From contig CAWGVS010000005.1 of assembly GCA_963826115.1 (NCBI GenBank), positions 352,001 through 416,000 on the forward strand: a stretch of 64,000 nt of DNA. The letters run 5' to 3'. Made by a program: the position numbers and the translations under genes. Of this stretch, positions 9,613 through 18,826 are shown piece after piece. The stretch is from an uncultured Candidatus Rokubacteria bacterium. GTDB taxonomy: Bacteria > Methylomirabilota > Methylomirabilia > Rokubacteriales > DASRDR01. The notes beneath the pieces were generated by a model. The model did no database searches. It was not told where the DNA came from and worked only from the letters and a program-made list of their open reading frames with translations. How positions within the stretch are numbered: position 1 is the stretch's first letter; every line of letters begins with the position of its first letter.

Positions 9613-11013
9613 ATGCCCGGGCAGACGATGCTCGACAAGATCTGGACGCGGCACATCGTCGCGGCCGAGGCCGGACGCGCGCTCCTCTACGTGGACCGCC
9701 ACCTCCTCCACGAGGGCTCCTTCCACGCCTTCGAGATGCTCCGGCAGGCCGGGCGCCGCGTCCGCCGGCCCGACCTCTCGGTGGCGGTGACCGACCACTA
9801 CGTCCCCACCGCGCGTGCCGGGCCCGTGCCCGAGAGCCAGGGCAGGGTGGTCGATCAGCTGGTGCGGAACGCGGGCGAGTGGGGGCTCGCGCTGCTCGGG
9901 CCCGGCGACCCGCGCCAGGGCATCGTCCACGTGATCGGCCCCGAGCAGGGGCTGACGCTGCCCGGCCTCACCGTCGTGTGCGGCGATTCCCACACCGCGA
10001 CCCACGGGGCCCTCGGCGCGCTCGCGTTCGGCATCGGCGCCTCCGAGGTCGAGCACGTGCTCGCGACGCAGACCATCTGGCAGCGACGACCGAAGGTGCT
10101 GCGGGTGTGGGTCGATGGCCGACTCGGGCCGGGCGTCGCCGCCAAGGACCTCGTCCTTCACCTGATTGCCGCCATCGGCGCCGCCGGCGGGACGGGGCAC
10201 GCGATCGAGTACGCCGGCCCCGCGGTGCGCGCGCTCTCGATCGAAGCGCGCATGACCCTCTGCAACATGGCGATCGAGGCGGGCTCCCGCACGGGCATGG
10301 TGGCGCCGGACGAGGCCACCTTCGCGTACCTGGAGGGGCGGCCGCTCGCGCCGCGCGGCGACGCGTGGGCGCGCGCGGTCGGCGAGTGGAGGATTCTCGC
10401 GTCCGATCCCGACGCGTCGTTCGACCGCGAGGTCGTGCTCGACGCGTCGGAGGTCGCGCCGACGGTGACCTGGGGGACGAGCCCGGAGGACGGCGGCCCG
10501 ATCTCGGGGTCCGTGCCCGACCCGGCGACGGTGGGCGACCCGGTCCGGCGGGCGAGCCTCGGCCGCGCGCTCGCCTACATGGGGCTCGCGCCCGGCACGC
10601 CCCTCGAGTCGATCGCGGTCGACCGCGTGTTCATCGGCTCGTGCACGAACAGCCGTCTCGAGGACCTCCGCGCGGCGGCGGCGGTCCTGCGCGGGCGGCG
10701 GGCCGTGGTGCCCGCGATGGTGGTGCCCGGGTCCGGGCTCGTCCGGCGCGCGGCGGAGGCGGAGGGCCTGGATCGCGTTTTCCGCGACGCCGGCTTCGAG
10801 TGGCGGGAGCCCGGCTGCTCGATGTGCGTCGCGATGAACGGCGACGCGGCGCGCCCCGGCGAGCGCGTGGCGTCGACGTCCAACCGCAACTTCGAGGGCC
10901 GCCAGGGGCCGGGCGCTCGCACGCACCTCATGAGCCCCGCGATGGCGGCCGCGGCCGCGGTGACGGGGCGGCTCACCGACGTGCGCCGGCTTGGCCTCTC
11001 GCGGGATCCATGA
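9613..11013 (+). CDS. leuC: 3-isopropylmalate dehydratase large subunit
   Basis: [53 protein letters not shown]. Confidence 0.9.
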   Translation: MPGQTMLDKIWTRHIVAAEAGRALLYVDRHLLHEGSFHAFEMLRQAGRRVRRPDLSVAVTDHYVPTARAGPVPESQGRVVDQLVRNAGEWGLALLGPGDPRQGIVHVIGPEQGLTLPGLTVVCGDSHTATHGALGALAFGIGASEVEHVLATQTIWQRRPKVLRVWVDGRLGPGVAAKDLVLHLIAAIGAAGGTGHAIEYAGPAVRALSIEARMTLCNMAIEAGSRTGMVAPDEATFAYLEGRPLAPRGDAWARAVGEWRILASDPDASFDREVVLDASEVAPTVTWGTSPEDGGPISGSVPDPATVGDPVRRASLGRALAYMGLAPGTPLESIAVDRVFIGSCTNSRLEDLRAAAAVLRGRRAVVPAMVVPGSGLVRRAAEAEGLDRVFRDAGFEWREPGCSMCVAMNGDAARPGERVASTSNRNFEGRQGPGARTHLMSPAMAAAAAVTGRLTDVRRLGLSRDP

Positions 11014-11843
11014 GCTCCACCCGGGCGAGGGAGCACGGTGCCGGCGCGTCCGACTACGACCGGTTCACGGGTCGATGGTCGCGACTGTACGTCCCGTGCC
11101 TCGTCGCCGCCGCAGAGGTATCGGAGGGTGACTCGGTGCTCGACGTGGCCGCGGGGACCGGCGAGGCGACGGTCGGCCTGGCGTCGCGTGTCGGCGCCGG
11201 GGGTCGGATCCTCGCCGTCGATCTGTCCCCTTCGATGCTGAGGCTGGCGGCCGGCAAGCTCGCCAACCTCCCCGCGCGGCTGGCGGTGATGGACGGCCAG
11301 CGGCTGGCGTGCCGGTCCGGGATCTTCGACGCCGTCGTGTGCCAGCTGGGGCTGATGTTCTTCGCGGAGCCGCAGCGCGGCCTCGAAGAATGCGGGCGAG
11401 TCCTGCGACCCGGCGGCCGCATCGCGCTCCAGGTGTGGTCGCAGCCCGATCGCGTGCCCTACTATGGGTTCCTGGCCGACGCTCTGAACCGGGAGCTTCC
11501 CGAGCAACGCGACGCGCTCTACCTGCCCTCGGCCCTGGGGGATCGCGACCGTCTCCGCGCCATGTTGGCTCGGGCCGGCTTCCACAACGCGCGGGTGACC
11601 GCCGAGCGCGGGAGGCTCACGTTCGAGTCGTTCGAGGAGTACTGGGAGCCGATCGAGCGCGGGGCGTCCCGGATCGGCCAGTTCTACCTTGGCCTGCCCG
11701 AGAGCCGCCGTCGCCTGGTGCGCGACGAGGTCCTCCGGAGCATGATGCCGTTCCGGTCCGGCCAGCGGCTCCTCCTCGAGTGCGAGGCGCTCATCGCACG
11801 CGGAGTGAAGCCTGAGGCCGCCGATGTCACCAGGGCCGACTGA
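11010..11843 (+). CDS. Class I SAM-dependent methyltransferase (between leuC and leuD)
   Basis: VLDVAAGTG motif [29 protein letters not shown]; ATGA overlap with the leuC stop. Confidence 0.85.
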   Translation: MSSTRAREHGAGASDYDRFTGRWSRLYVPCLVAAAEVSEGDSVLDVAAGTGEATVGLASRVGAGGRILAVDLSPSMLRLAAGKLANLPARLAVMDGQRLACRSGIFDAVVCQLGLMFFAEPQRGLEECGRVLRPGGRIALQVWSQPDRVPYYGFLADALNRELPEQRDALYLPSALGDRDRLRAMLARAGFHNARVTAERGRLTFESFEEYWEPIERGASRIGQFYLGLPESRRRLVRDEVLRSMMPFRSGQRLLLECEALIARGVKPEAADVTRAD

Positions 11844-11844
11844 C

Positions 11845-12489
11845 GTGGACCGCTTCGCCCGGCTCACGGCCATCGCCGCGCCGCTCGATCTGCCGAACGT
11901 GGACACGGACCGCATCATCCCGGCGCGCTTTCTGCGGAACCCGCGGAGCGCGGGGTACGGCCAGTACTGCTTCCACGACCTTCGCGTCGGGCCGGATGGC
12001 GCCGAGGACCCCGGCTTCGTCCTGAACCGCCCGGCATACCGCGAGGCGAAGATCCTCGTGGTCGCGGAGAACTTCGGGTGCGGCTCCTCGCGCGAGGGCG
12101 CCGTGTGGGCGCTGGGCGGGCGGGGCATCCGCGCGGTGGTCGCGCCGAGTTTCGGCGACATCTTCCACGAGAACTGCCTCCGCAACGGGCTCCTGCCCGT
12201 GCGTCTGCCGGCGGCGATCGTGGCCGGCCTGCGTCAGGCCCTCCACGCGGCGCCCGGATCGACGGTGACCGTCGACCTGCCGGCCCAGACCGTGACCGGT
12301 CCGGACGGGGTGGCGCACGCCTTCGAGGTCGATCCGTTCCGGAAGCAGGCCCTCCTCGAGGGGCTCGACGACCTCGGCTTCACGCTGCGCCACGCCGCGG
12401 CGATCGACGCCTTCGAGGCGCGGCACGTCGCGGCCTGGCCGTGGGCCGGGCCCGCCCCGCTCGGCGTCCACGGCGGACCGCGTCGGTGA
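11845..12489 (+). CDS. leuD: 3-isopropylmalate dehydratase small subunit
   Basis: NVDTDRIIPARFL, NFGCGSSRE, APSFGDIF..NC..NGLLP; GTG 11845 preferred (alternative ATG 11824). Confidence 0.9.
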   Translation: MDRFARLTAIAAPLDLPNVDTDRIIPARFLRNPRSAGYGQYCFHDLRVGPDGAEDPGFVLNRPAYREAKILVVAENFGCGSSREGAVWALGGRGIRAVVAPSFGDIFHENCLRNGLLPVRLPAAIVAGLRQALHAAPGSTVTVDLPAQTVTGPDGVAHAFEVDPFRKQALLEGLDDLGFTLRHAAAIDAFEARHVAAWPWAGPAPLGVHGGPRR

Positions 12490-13079
12490 GCCGGCCGGAG
12501 GACCGCGCGCGCGGGCCCGCCCGGGTCGGGCGATGGGAGCGCGTGGACTCGGAGTGGGTGTTCCGCTCGGGCTTCGTCTCGTTGCGCCGCGACCATTGCC
12601 GGCTCCCCGACGGCCGGCTCTCGCCCGACATGTACTTCATGGAGCTCCGGGACTTCGCGATGACGGTGGCGGTCACCGCGGCCGGCGAGGTGCTCCTCTC
12701 GCGCGAGTACAAGCACGGGGCCGGCGACGTCGCGCACACGCTGCCCGCGGGCTTCATCGAGGCCGGCGAGGCGCCGGACGCCGCCGCGCGCCGCGAGCTC
12801 CGGGAGGAGACCGGGCACGACGGCGACGTTTTCGAGGCGCTCGGCAGCACGCTCGTGTTTCCGAGCTTCTCGGGCGCGCGTGGCTACTTCTTCCTCGCCC
12901 GGGGAGTCGAGCGCGTCGCGGCGACGAATCCCGACGAGTTCGAGGAGATCGAGGTGGTCTCCGTGCCCGTCGAGGAGCTGCGGCGGGATCTCGCGGCGGC
13001 GGCGCCCCGCTACGTGACGGACGCCAACTCGGCGCTGGCGCTCCATCGGGCGCTCGCGCGCCTGGGCGGGCGCGGATGA
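12486..13079 (+). CDS. NUDIX hydrolase (ADP-ribose pyrophosphatase-like)
   Basis: Nudix box GFIEAGEAPDAAARRELREETG; GTGA overlap with leuD. Confidence 0.85.
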   Translation: MSRPEDRARGPARVGRWERVDSEWVFRSGFVSLRRDHCRLPDGRLSPDMYFMELRDFAMTVAVTAAGEVLLSREYKHGAGDVAHTLPAGFIEAGEAPDAAARRELREETGHDGDVFEALGSTLVFPSFSGARGYFFLARGVERVAATNPDEFEEIEVVSVPVEELRRDLAAAAPRYVTDANSALALHRALARLGGRG

Positions 13080-13128
13080 TCGCGATCACCGTCAGCCGGA
13101 GCGCTCCGGCCGACTCTGGAGGTGGCGT

Positions 13129-14052
13129 GTGACGTCACGCGTGAGACTGGCGGTGGGCATTCCCCAGGCCTGGACGACGGGCGGCCTCGACCGGGCGCGG
13201 ATCCGCCGCTACCTCGAGCGCGCGGACGCCCTCGGCTTCGAGAGCGCCTGGGTCGTGGAGCAGGTGCTGGGTGCGGTGCCGTGCCTCGAGCCCGTGGAGC
13301 TCCTCACGTGGGCGGCGGCGCTCACGAGCCGCATCCGGCTCGGGACGGCCGTCCTCCTGACGCCGCTCCGGAGCCCCGTGCACCTCGCGAAGAGCCTCGC
13401 CACCCTGGACCAGCTCTCCGGCGGCCGCCTCGACGTCGGGATCGGGCTCGGCGGGAGCGCGAAGATCTACCCGGCCTTCGGCATCCCCGCGGCGCGCCGC
13501 GTGGCGCGGTTCAACGAGGGGCTTCGCCTCATGCGCGCCCTCTGGACCGAGCCCCGCGTGACCTTCGCCGGCGAGTTCTGGCAGCTCGAGGACGCGGCGA
13601 TGGAGCCGAAGCCCCTCCAGCGCCCGCACCCGCCGCTCTGGGTCGGCGCGCACCACCCGGACGCGTTCCGTCGCTCGCTCGGCTGGGCGACCGGCTTCAT
13701 GGGGGCCGGGTCGGCGACGACGGCGACGTTCGCGAAGGAGGTCACGCTCCTCCGCGGATTCCTCGCCGACGCCGGGCGGGATCCCGCGTCGATGGAGATC
13801 GGCAAGCGCGTCTACGTCGCGGTCGACCAGGACCGCGAGCGCGCGGGGCGGCGGCTCGCCGAGTACTTCGAGGCCTTCTACGGCCGGGGGGCGCTCGCGG
13901 CCGAGGTGTCGGTCTGGGGCTCCGTCGACCAGTGCGTCGCGGGGATCCGCGAGGTGATGGCCGCGGGCGCGCGGATCGTCATGCTGAACCCGGTCTTCGA
14001 CGAGGTCGAGCAGCTCGAGCGCCTCGCCGCCGAGGTCGCGCCCCGCCTCTAG
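13129..14052 (+). CDS. LLM class flavin-dependent oxidoreductase
   Basis: GFESAWVVE, TSRIRLGTAV, LAKSLATLDQLSGGRLDVGIG, PKPLQRPHPPLWVG; GGAGG RBS. Confidence 0.9.
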   Translation: MTSRVRLAVGIPQAWTTGGLDRARIRRYLERADALGFESAWVVEQVLGAVPCLEPVELLTWAAALTSRIRLGTAVLLTPLRSPVHLAKSLATLDQLSGGRLDVGIGLGGSAKIYPAFGIPAARRVARFNEGLRLMRALWTEPRVTFAGEFWQLEDAAMEPKPLQRPHPPLWVGAHHPDAFRRSLGWATGFMGAGSATTATFAKEVTLLRGFLADAGRDPASMEIGKRVYVAVDQDRERAGRRLAEYFEAFYGRGALAAEVSVWGSVDQCVAGIREVMAAGARIVMLNPVFDEVEQLERLAAEVAPRL

Positions 14053-14174
14053 GCCGGGGCCCGGAGCATCCCCACCACATGGCGTGGGGGGACGCCGACG
14101 GGCGGACTCTCTACCTCACCGCGCAGACGGGGTCCTACCGGATGCGCCTCGATGTTCCCGGCATCCGGCCCTGA
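14053..14174 (+). pseudogene. C-terminal remnant of an SMP-30/gluconolactonase family gene
   Basis: Reads PEHPHHMAWGDADGRTLYLTAQTGSYRMRLDVPGIRP*, typical of the last beta-propeller blade; the rest of the gene is absent. Confidence 0.65.
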
Positions 14175-14189
14175 GCGTCGCGAGCCGGA

Positions 14190-14966
14190 TCAGGCGGGCG
14201 GCGTGTGCCGGGTGACGAAGCCCTGCACGCGCCGCCACGCGTCCGCGGACGCGTCGACGAACTCCTCCTGCTTCCGGTCGAAGAAGCTGTGCGGCGCCCC
14301 GTCGTACGTCCTGGTCTCGTGGGCCACGCCCGCACGCTGGAGCGCCTGGTCGAAGTCCGCGATCGCGCTCGGCGGGATGCCCGGGTCGGCGCCGCCGTAG
14401 ATGGCCAGTACCGGCGCACGGTAGCGGGACGCGGCGTCGATGGGCTTCGGCCGGTCCGGCCAGCGCGACAGGCCGAGCGGCCAGCCGTAGAACCCGATCA
14501 CGCCGGCGTAGCCGAGCCCGCTCGCGGCCTGGAGGAAGGAGAGGGCCCCGCCGAAGCAGAACCCGACGGAGAAGAGCGCCCGTGCGTGCCCGCCCTCCTT
14601 CGAGCGGAGGTGCGCCACCGCCGCCGCGATGTCCGCCTGGAGCGTGGCCGGGGTCGTCTGGCCGACGTGCGGGAGGTACTCGAACTTGTCGCTCCGGTCA
14701 CCGGTCCTGTCCGTCCGGGCGAAGAAGTCGATGGCGACCGAGTCCACCCCGACCTCGGCGAAGCGGAGCGCGAGCTCCTTGTAGTACGTGTGGAGGCCCC
14801 GCACGTCCGGGATCACGACCATTCCCGCGCCGGTCGGCCGGGTCGCGCGCGCCGCGTACGCGGCGAAGCGGGTGCCGTCCGCCGAGGTGAGGGTCAGGTC
14901 GCGCGCGTCGGTGGCGCCCCCCGCGATCGGGGTGATGGGCGGTCGCGAGTCGTGATCGAAGCACAT
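14190..14966 (-). CDS. Dienelactone hydrolase family protein
   Basis: PDVRGL, GFCFGG nucleophile elbow, GGADPGI, APHSF. Confidence 0.9.
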   Translation of the reverse strand: MCFDHDSRPPITPIAGGATDARDLTLTSADGTRFAAYAARATRPTGAGMVVIPDVRGLHTYYKELALRFAEVGVDSVAIDFFARTDRTGDRSDKFEYLPHVGQTTPATLQADIAAAVAHLRSKEGGHARALFSVGFCFGGALSFLQAASGLGYAGVIGFYGWPLGLSRWPDRPKPIDAASRYRAPVLAIYGGADPGIPPSAIADFDQALQRAGVAHETRTYDGAPHSFFDRKQEEFVDASADAWRRVQGFVTRHTPPA

Positions 14967-15063
14967 GGAGAGCCTCCCGGGACGTCGATGCGTCCGCCCG
15001 TTTCTCGTATCATTGGCGCCGGAGGCCGTCAAGCCGCGCGACCCTCACACGGAGGCCGATGCG

Positions 15064-15558
15064 ATGAGATCGGAAGGAACAGTCCTCGCCAAGCTTCATT
15101 CCCAGGGCCTTACCCTTCCCGCGGCGCTCAAGGTGCCGGCCGGGGTCCGGGTACCGTTCTCGTGGGTGCGAGTGCGCGGCAACCGCGCGTACATCTCGGG
15201 CCACGGGCCGCAGCTGCCCGACGGCAACCTCGCCGGCCCCTTCGGGAAGGTCGGGGCCGAGGTGACGCCGGACCAGGCCTACCAGTCGGCGCGGCTGACG
15301 GCGCTCGCCATGCTGGGCAGCCTCCAGCGGGAGCTGGGGGACCTCGACCGCGTCACGGCCTGGCTCCGCGTGTTCGGGATGGTCAACTCCGCGCCGGGAT
15401 TCCGCCAGCAGCCCGGGGTGATCAACGGTTTTTCCGACCTGATCCTGGATCTCTACGGACCGGAGGCGGGCCAGCACGTGCGCTCCGCGGTCGGGATGGC
15501 CGAGCTGCCGTTCGGCATCCCGGTGGAGATCGAGGGCGAGGTCGAGATCCGCGCCTGA
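15064..15558 (+). CDS. RidA/YjgF family protein
   Basis: YISGHGP, GKVGAEV, VINGFSDL, RSAVGMAELP..IPVEIE. Confidence 0.88.
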   Translation: MRSEGTVLAKLHSQGLTLPAALKVPAGVRVPFSWVRVRGNRAYISGHGPQLPDGNLAGPFGKVGAEVTPDQAYQSARLTALAMLGSLQRELGDLDRVTAWLRVFGMVNSAPGFRQQPGVINGFSDLILDLYGPEAGQHVRSAVGMAELPFGIPVEIEGEVEIRA

Positions 15559-15590
15559 CGGGGACGACGCGGTCCCGCGGTCAGGCGCGG
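15549..15590. terminator. Inverted repeat spanning two convergent stop codons
   Basis: CCGCGCCTGAC (15549-15559) / GTCAGGCGCGG (15580-15590) with inner GGGAC/GTCCC stem; no U-tract. Confidence 0.45.
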
Positions 15591-16261
15591 CGGAGGGCGG
15601 CCTCCGTCGCCAGCCGGTCGGCCCGCGCGTTGTAGGCCGCGTAGTCGTTGCGGCCGGCGAAGGTCGACTCGTGGCCCTTCTGGTGGCGGAAGCGCACGCG
15701 GAGCCCGCGGGCTTCCTGGAGCGCGCGGCCTGCGGCCACCACCTCGGCGACGATCGGGTTCTTCGTCTTCCACTTGCCCTCGTGCCAGGCTCCCACGCCC
15801 GCGTAGTCGTGGACCACGACCAGCTCCGAGCCCGGGGGCACCGTCGCGAGCGCGGCGTGGAGCCCGCCCAGCTCTGCCAGGATGTTCTGGAGCGCGTCGG
15901 TCGCGGCGGTGATCTTCGGGCGCGTGTCGAGGCTCGGGATCCCCGCCGTCCGGAAGACGTCGTACACCGTGGTCGCGAACTCGCGGACGGAGGCCGGGAC
16001 CCCCTCCCGCTGCTCGACGATGACCATGCCGATCCCGCCCATCGCGTTCCCGTCGACGAACGCGTAGAGGCCCGGGTCGAGGCGGAGGCCATCGCCCTGG
16101 AGCATGGCCTCGGCGACCGCGCGGCTCGTCACTCCCTGGTAGCGCGCGCCGGCGACGCCCGATACGGCCGCGCGGCACTGGTCCCAGGTCTCGTAGATGC
16201 CGCGGATCGAGGCGGGCGCGGTGACGACGTAGACCTTGCGCGACCGGCCGCCCGGGCTCAC
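15581..16261 (-). CDS. Ribonuclease HI with N-terminal hybrid-binding (viroplasmin/Cauli_VI) domain
   Basis: YVV....RGIYETWDQCRAAVSGVAGARYQG hybrid-binding domain; catalytic motifs FVDG, NILAEL, VHDY, HQKGH, NARADRLA. Confidence 0.8.
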   Translation of the reverse strand: MSPGGRSRKVYVVTAPASIRGIYETWDQCRAAVSGVAGARYQGVTSRAVAEAMLQGDGLRLDPGLYAFVDGNAMGGIGMVIVEQREGVPASVREFATTVYDVFRTAGIPSLDTRPKITAATDALQNILAELGGLHAALATVPPGSELVVVHDYAGVGAWHEGKWKTKNPIVAEVVAAGRALQEARGLRVRFRHQKGHESTFAGRNDYAAYNARADRLATEAALRRA

Positions 16262-17154
16262 GGCCGCGGCTCGACGATCGCGTCCGGCCGGCCGGCGGCG
16301 CCCGCGGTCTCGGCATCGAGGGCGTCGAGGAACTCGCGCAGCGCGCGCACGAACGCGTCGGGCCGGTCCAGCACCAGGTGGTGATAGGCGTCCGGGATCT
16401 CGACCAGGCGCGCCCCCGGCAGCTCTGCTCGAAGGCGCTCGGCCATCGGCCGGGTGAGGATCGGGCTCCGCTCGCCGCGCACCACGAGCGTCGGGGCGAC
16501 GATGCGCGGGACCAGGAGCCAGCCGTCGGCCGGCACGCGCGCCGCGTAGCACTCGGGGTCGAAGCGGAGGCTCACGGCCCCGTCCCGCCACGCCACGCTG
16601 GCCCGCGCCAGGTGGGCGATCAGGGCCGGATCCGCGATCGTCTCGGGCGGGAGGAGCCGGAACGTGGCGCCCGCGGCCTCGGCGCTCGGATGGCGGCGGT
16701 GCGGGCGCGCGCCGCGCTCCTTCATCTGGGCGAGCCGCTCGGCCGGGATGGCCGGGCGCGAGTCCACGATGGCGAGTCCCCGGACCCGCGCGGGATGCCA
16801 CGCGGCGCACCCGATCGCGTTGTGGCCGCCCATCGAGTGCCCGACCAGGACGGCGGACTCCCAGCCCAGGCGCTCGACGAGGGTCGCGACGTCGGCGGCG
16901 AAGTTCTCGGTCGCGTACGCGGGCGGCCGCGCCCACGCGCTCTCCCCGTGGCCACGCTGGTCGAGCGCCACGACGTGGCGGCGATCGCCGAGTCGGTCGG
17001 CCACGGCGTCGAACCAGTGCACGTGGGCGGCGCCGCCGTGGAGCAGGAGGACTCCGGTCGCCGCGGCCGGTCCCCACTCGAGGCAGTGGAGCTCGAGACC
17101 ACCGAGGTCGACGCGCCGATGTCGCGCGGTCTCGCAGGCGAAGGCGGCGCTCAC
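16258..17154 (-). CDS. Alpha/beta fold hydrolase
   Basis: LLHGG, DQRGHGES, GHSMGG, AYHHL. Confidence 0.9.
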   Translation of the reverse strand: MSAAFACETARHRRVDLGGLELHCLEWGPAAATGVLLLHGGAAHVHWFDAVADRLGDRRHVVALDQRGHGESAWARPPAYATENFAADVATLVERLGWESAVLVGHSMGGHNAIGCAAWHPARVRGLAIVDSRPAIPAERLAQMKERGARPHRRHPSAEAAGATFRLLPPETIADPALIAHLARASVAWRDGAVSLRFDPECYAARVPADGWLLVPRIVAPTLVVRGERSPILTRPMAERLRAELPGARLVEIPDAYHHLVLDRPDAFVRALREFLDALDAETAGAAGRPDAIVEPRP

Positions 17155-17201
17155 GGCGGTCCATCTTACACCGCGGGTTCCGGCGCGTCGGGACCGCCCG
17201 C

Positions 17202-17248
17202 ATGGTGGCCTTGACGGACAAGCGGTCTCGGCCCTTACGATGGGGCCA
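17202..17248 (+). promoter_or_regulatory. Putative promoter/operator of the MocR-type regulator
   Basis: TTGACG-N19-TACGAT flanked by inverted TGGCC/GGCCA and near-direct ATGG(T)GGCC repeats; spacer longer than usual. Confidence 0.3.
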
Positions 17249-17284
17249 TTATTCCCGGGCCTGCCGGAGATCGAGCGAGGGCAG

Positions 17285-18796
17285 ATGGCGAAGCGCCGCG
17301 CGGTCGTGACGATCGGGACGCTCGGCCTCGAGCGCGAGTCGAGCGTTCCGCTCTACCGCCAGCTCTACGACGGTCTCCGCGAGGCGATCCTCTCGGGCCG
17401 CCTCAGGCCGGGCGCGCGCCTGCCGTCGACGCGCGTCCTCGCGGGCGATCTGGGCGCCTCGAGGAACACCGTCCTGGCCGCCTTCGGGCAGCTCCTTGCC
17501 GAGGGGTACCTCGAGGGCCGGGTCGGCGCGGGGACGACCGTCGCCCGCACGCTGCCGGAGACGCTCCTGCGCGCGCGCCCCGAGGCGCCGGGGCCCGGCC
17601 GCCCGGGCCGCCGACCGCGACTGTCTCGCCGCGGCGCGCTCCTGGTGGGGACGCGGGCCGCGCTCGGGCGCGGCGCCTCCACCGCGCATCCGTTCCGTCC
17701 GGGCCTGCCCGGTCTCGACGCGTTTCCGTTCGACCTGTGGACGCGTCTGATCGCTCGGCGGTGGCGGCGGGTCTCTCGGCAGCTCCTCGACTACGGCGAC
17801 CCGGCCGGCTACGCCCCCCTCCGCGAGGCGATCGCCGCATACCTGGGCGAGGCGCGGGCGGTGCGCTGCGACGCCTCGCAGGTCATCGTCGTGACGGGGG
17901 CGCAGCAGGCGGTGGACCTGGCCGCGCGCGTGCTGCTCGATCCGGGCGACACGGCGTGGATCGAGGATCCTGGATACCAGGGCGCGCGCGGCGCCCTGGT
18001 CGCGGCGGGGATCCGCCTCGCGCCCGTTCCCGTGGACGCGGAGGGGCTCGATGTCCACCGCGGCGCCCGGGCCGCGCCCGGGGCGCGACTCGTCTACGTG
18101 ACCCCCTCCCACCAGTACCCCCTGGGGGTGACGATGAGCCTCCAGCGGCGGCTCGCGCTCCTCGAGTGGGCGAGCGCGAGCGGCGCGTGGATCTTCGAGG
18201 ACGACTACGACAGCGAGTACCGCTACGCGGGCCGCCCGCTGGCCGCGCTGCAGGGCCTCGACACCGCGGGCCGCGTGATCTACGCCGGCACGTTCAGCAA
18301 GGTGCTGTTCCCGGGGCTCCGGCTCGGCTACCTCGTCGTGCCGGAGGAGCTGGTGGAGGCGTTCGTGGCCGCGCGCGCGCTTGCGGACCGGCACTCGCCG
18401 TCGGTGACGCAGGCGGCGCTCGCCGACTTCATCGACGGCGGCCACTTCGCACGGCACGTCCGCCAGACGCGCGCGCTCTACGCCGAGCGCCAGGCGGCGC
18501 TCGTGCGAGCCGCCCGGCGCGCGCTGGGCGGGCTCCTCGAGGTCCTCCCGGCCGAGGCGGGCATGCACCTCATGGGCTGGCTGCCTCCGGGCGTGGACGA
18601 CCGCGCCGCCGCCCGCGCCGCGCTCACCCGCGACGTGGACGCGCCCCCGCTCTCCGCATACCGGATCCGGCCGGCCCGCCGGGCCGACCGCGGCGGGCTC
18701 GTCCTCGGCTACGCGGCCTACGCGCCGCAGGAGATCGAGGAGGCGTGCGTGCGCCTCGCCTCGGCGCTCGCGGGAGTCGGGCGGCGGACCGGCTGA
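17285..18796 (+). CDS. MocR/GabR family transcriptional regulator (GntR wHTH + PLP aminotransferase domain)
   Basis: PLYRQLYDGLREAILSGRLRPGARLPSTR, YVTPSHQYPLG, EDDYDSEYRY, GTFSKVLFPGLRLGY. Confidence 0.92.
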   Translation: MAKRRAVVTIGTLGLERESSVPLYRQLYDGLREAILSGRLRPGARLPSTRVLAGDLGASRNTVLAAFGQLLAEGYLEGRVGAGTTVARTLPETLLRARPEAPGPGRPGRRPRLSRRGALLVGTRAALGRGASTAHPFRPGLPGLDAFPFDLWTRLIARRWRRVSRQLLDYGDPAGYAPLREAIAAYLGEARAVRCDASQVIVVTGAQQAVDLAARVLLDPGDTAWIEDPGYQGARGALVAAGIRLAPVPVDAEGLDVHRGARAAPGARLVYVTPSHQYPLGVTMSLQRRLALLEWASASGAWIFEDDYDSEYRYAGRPLAALQGLDTAGRVIYAGTFSKVLFPGLRLGYLVVPEELVEAFVAARALADRHSPSVTQAALADFIDGGHFARHVRQTRALYAERQAALVRAARRALGGLLEVLPAEAGMHLMGWLPPGVDDRAAARAALTRDVDAPPLSAYRIRPARRADRGGLVLGYAAYAPQEIEEACVRLASALAGVGRRTG

Positions 18797-18798
18797 CC

Positions 18799-18820
18799 CG
18801 GTCCGGCTCGGGCCGGACCG
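18799..18820. terminator. GC-rich hairpin between convergent genes
   Basis: CGGTCCGGC-TCGG-GCCGGACCG, perfect 9-bp stem; no U-tract. Confidence 0.5.
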
Positions 18821-18826
18821 CGGAGC

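Noticed and set aside
8484-11843. 1119-aa ORF suggesting a giant methyltransferase fusion
   Set aside because: The first ~840 aa are antisense or off-frame shadow of the racemase and leuC; only 11010-11843 has real motifs
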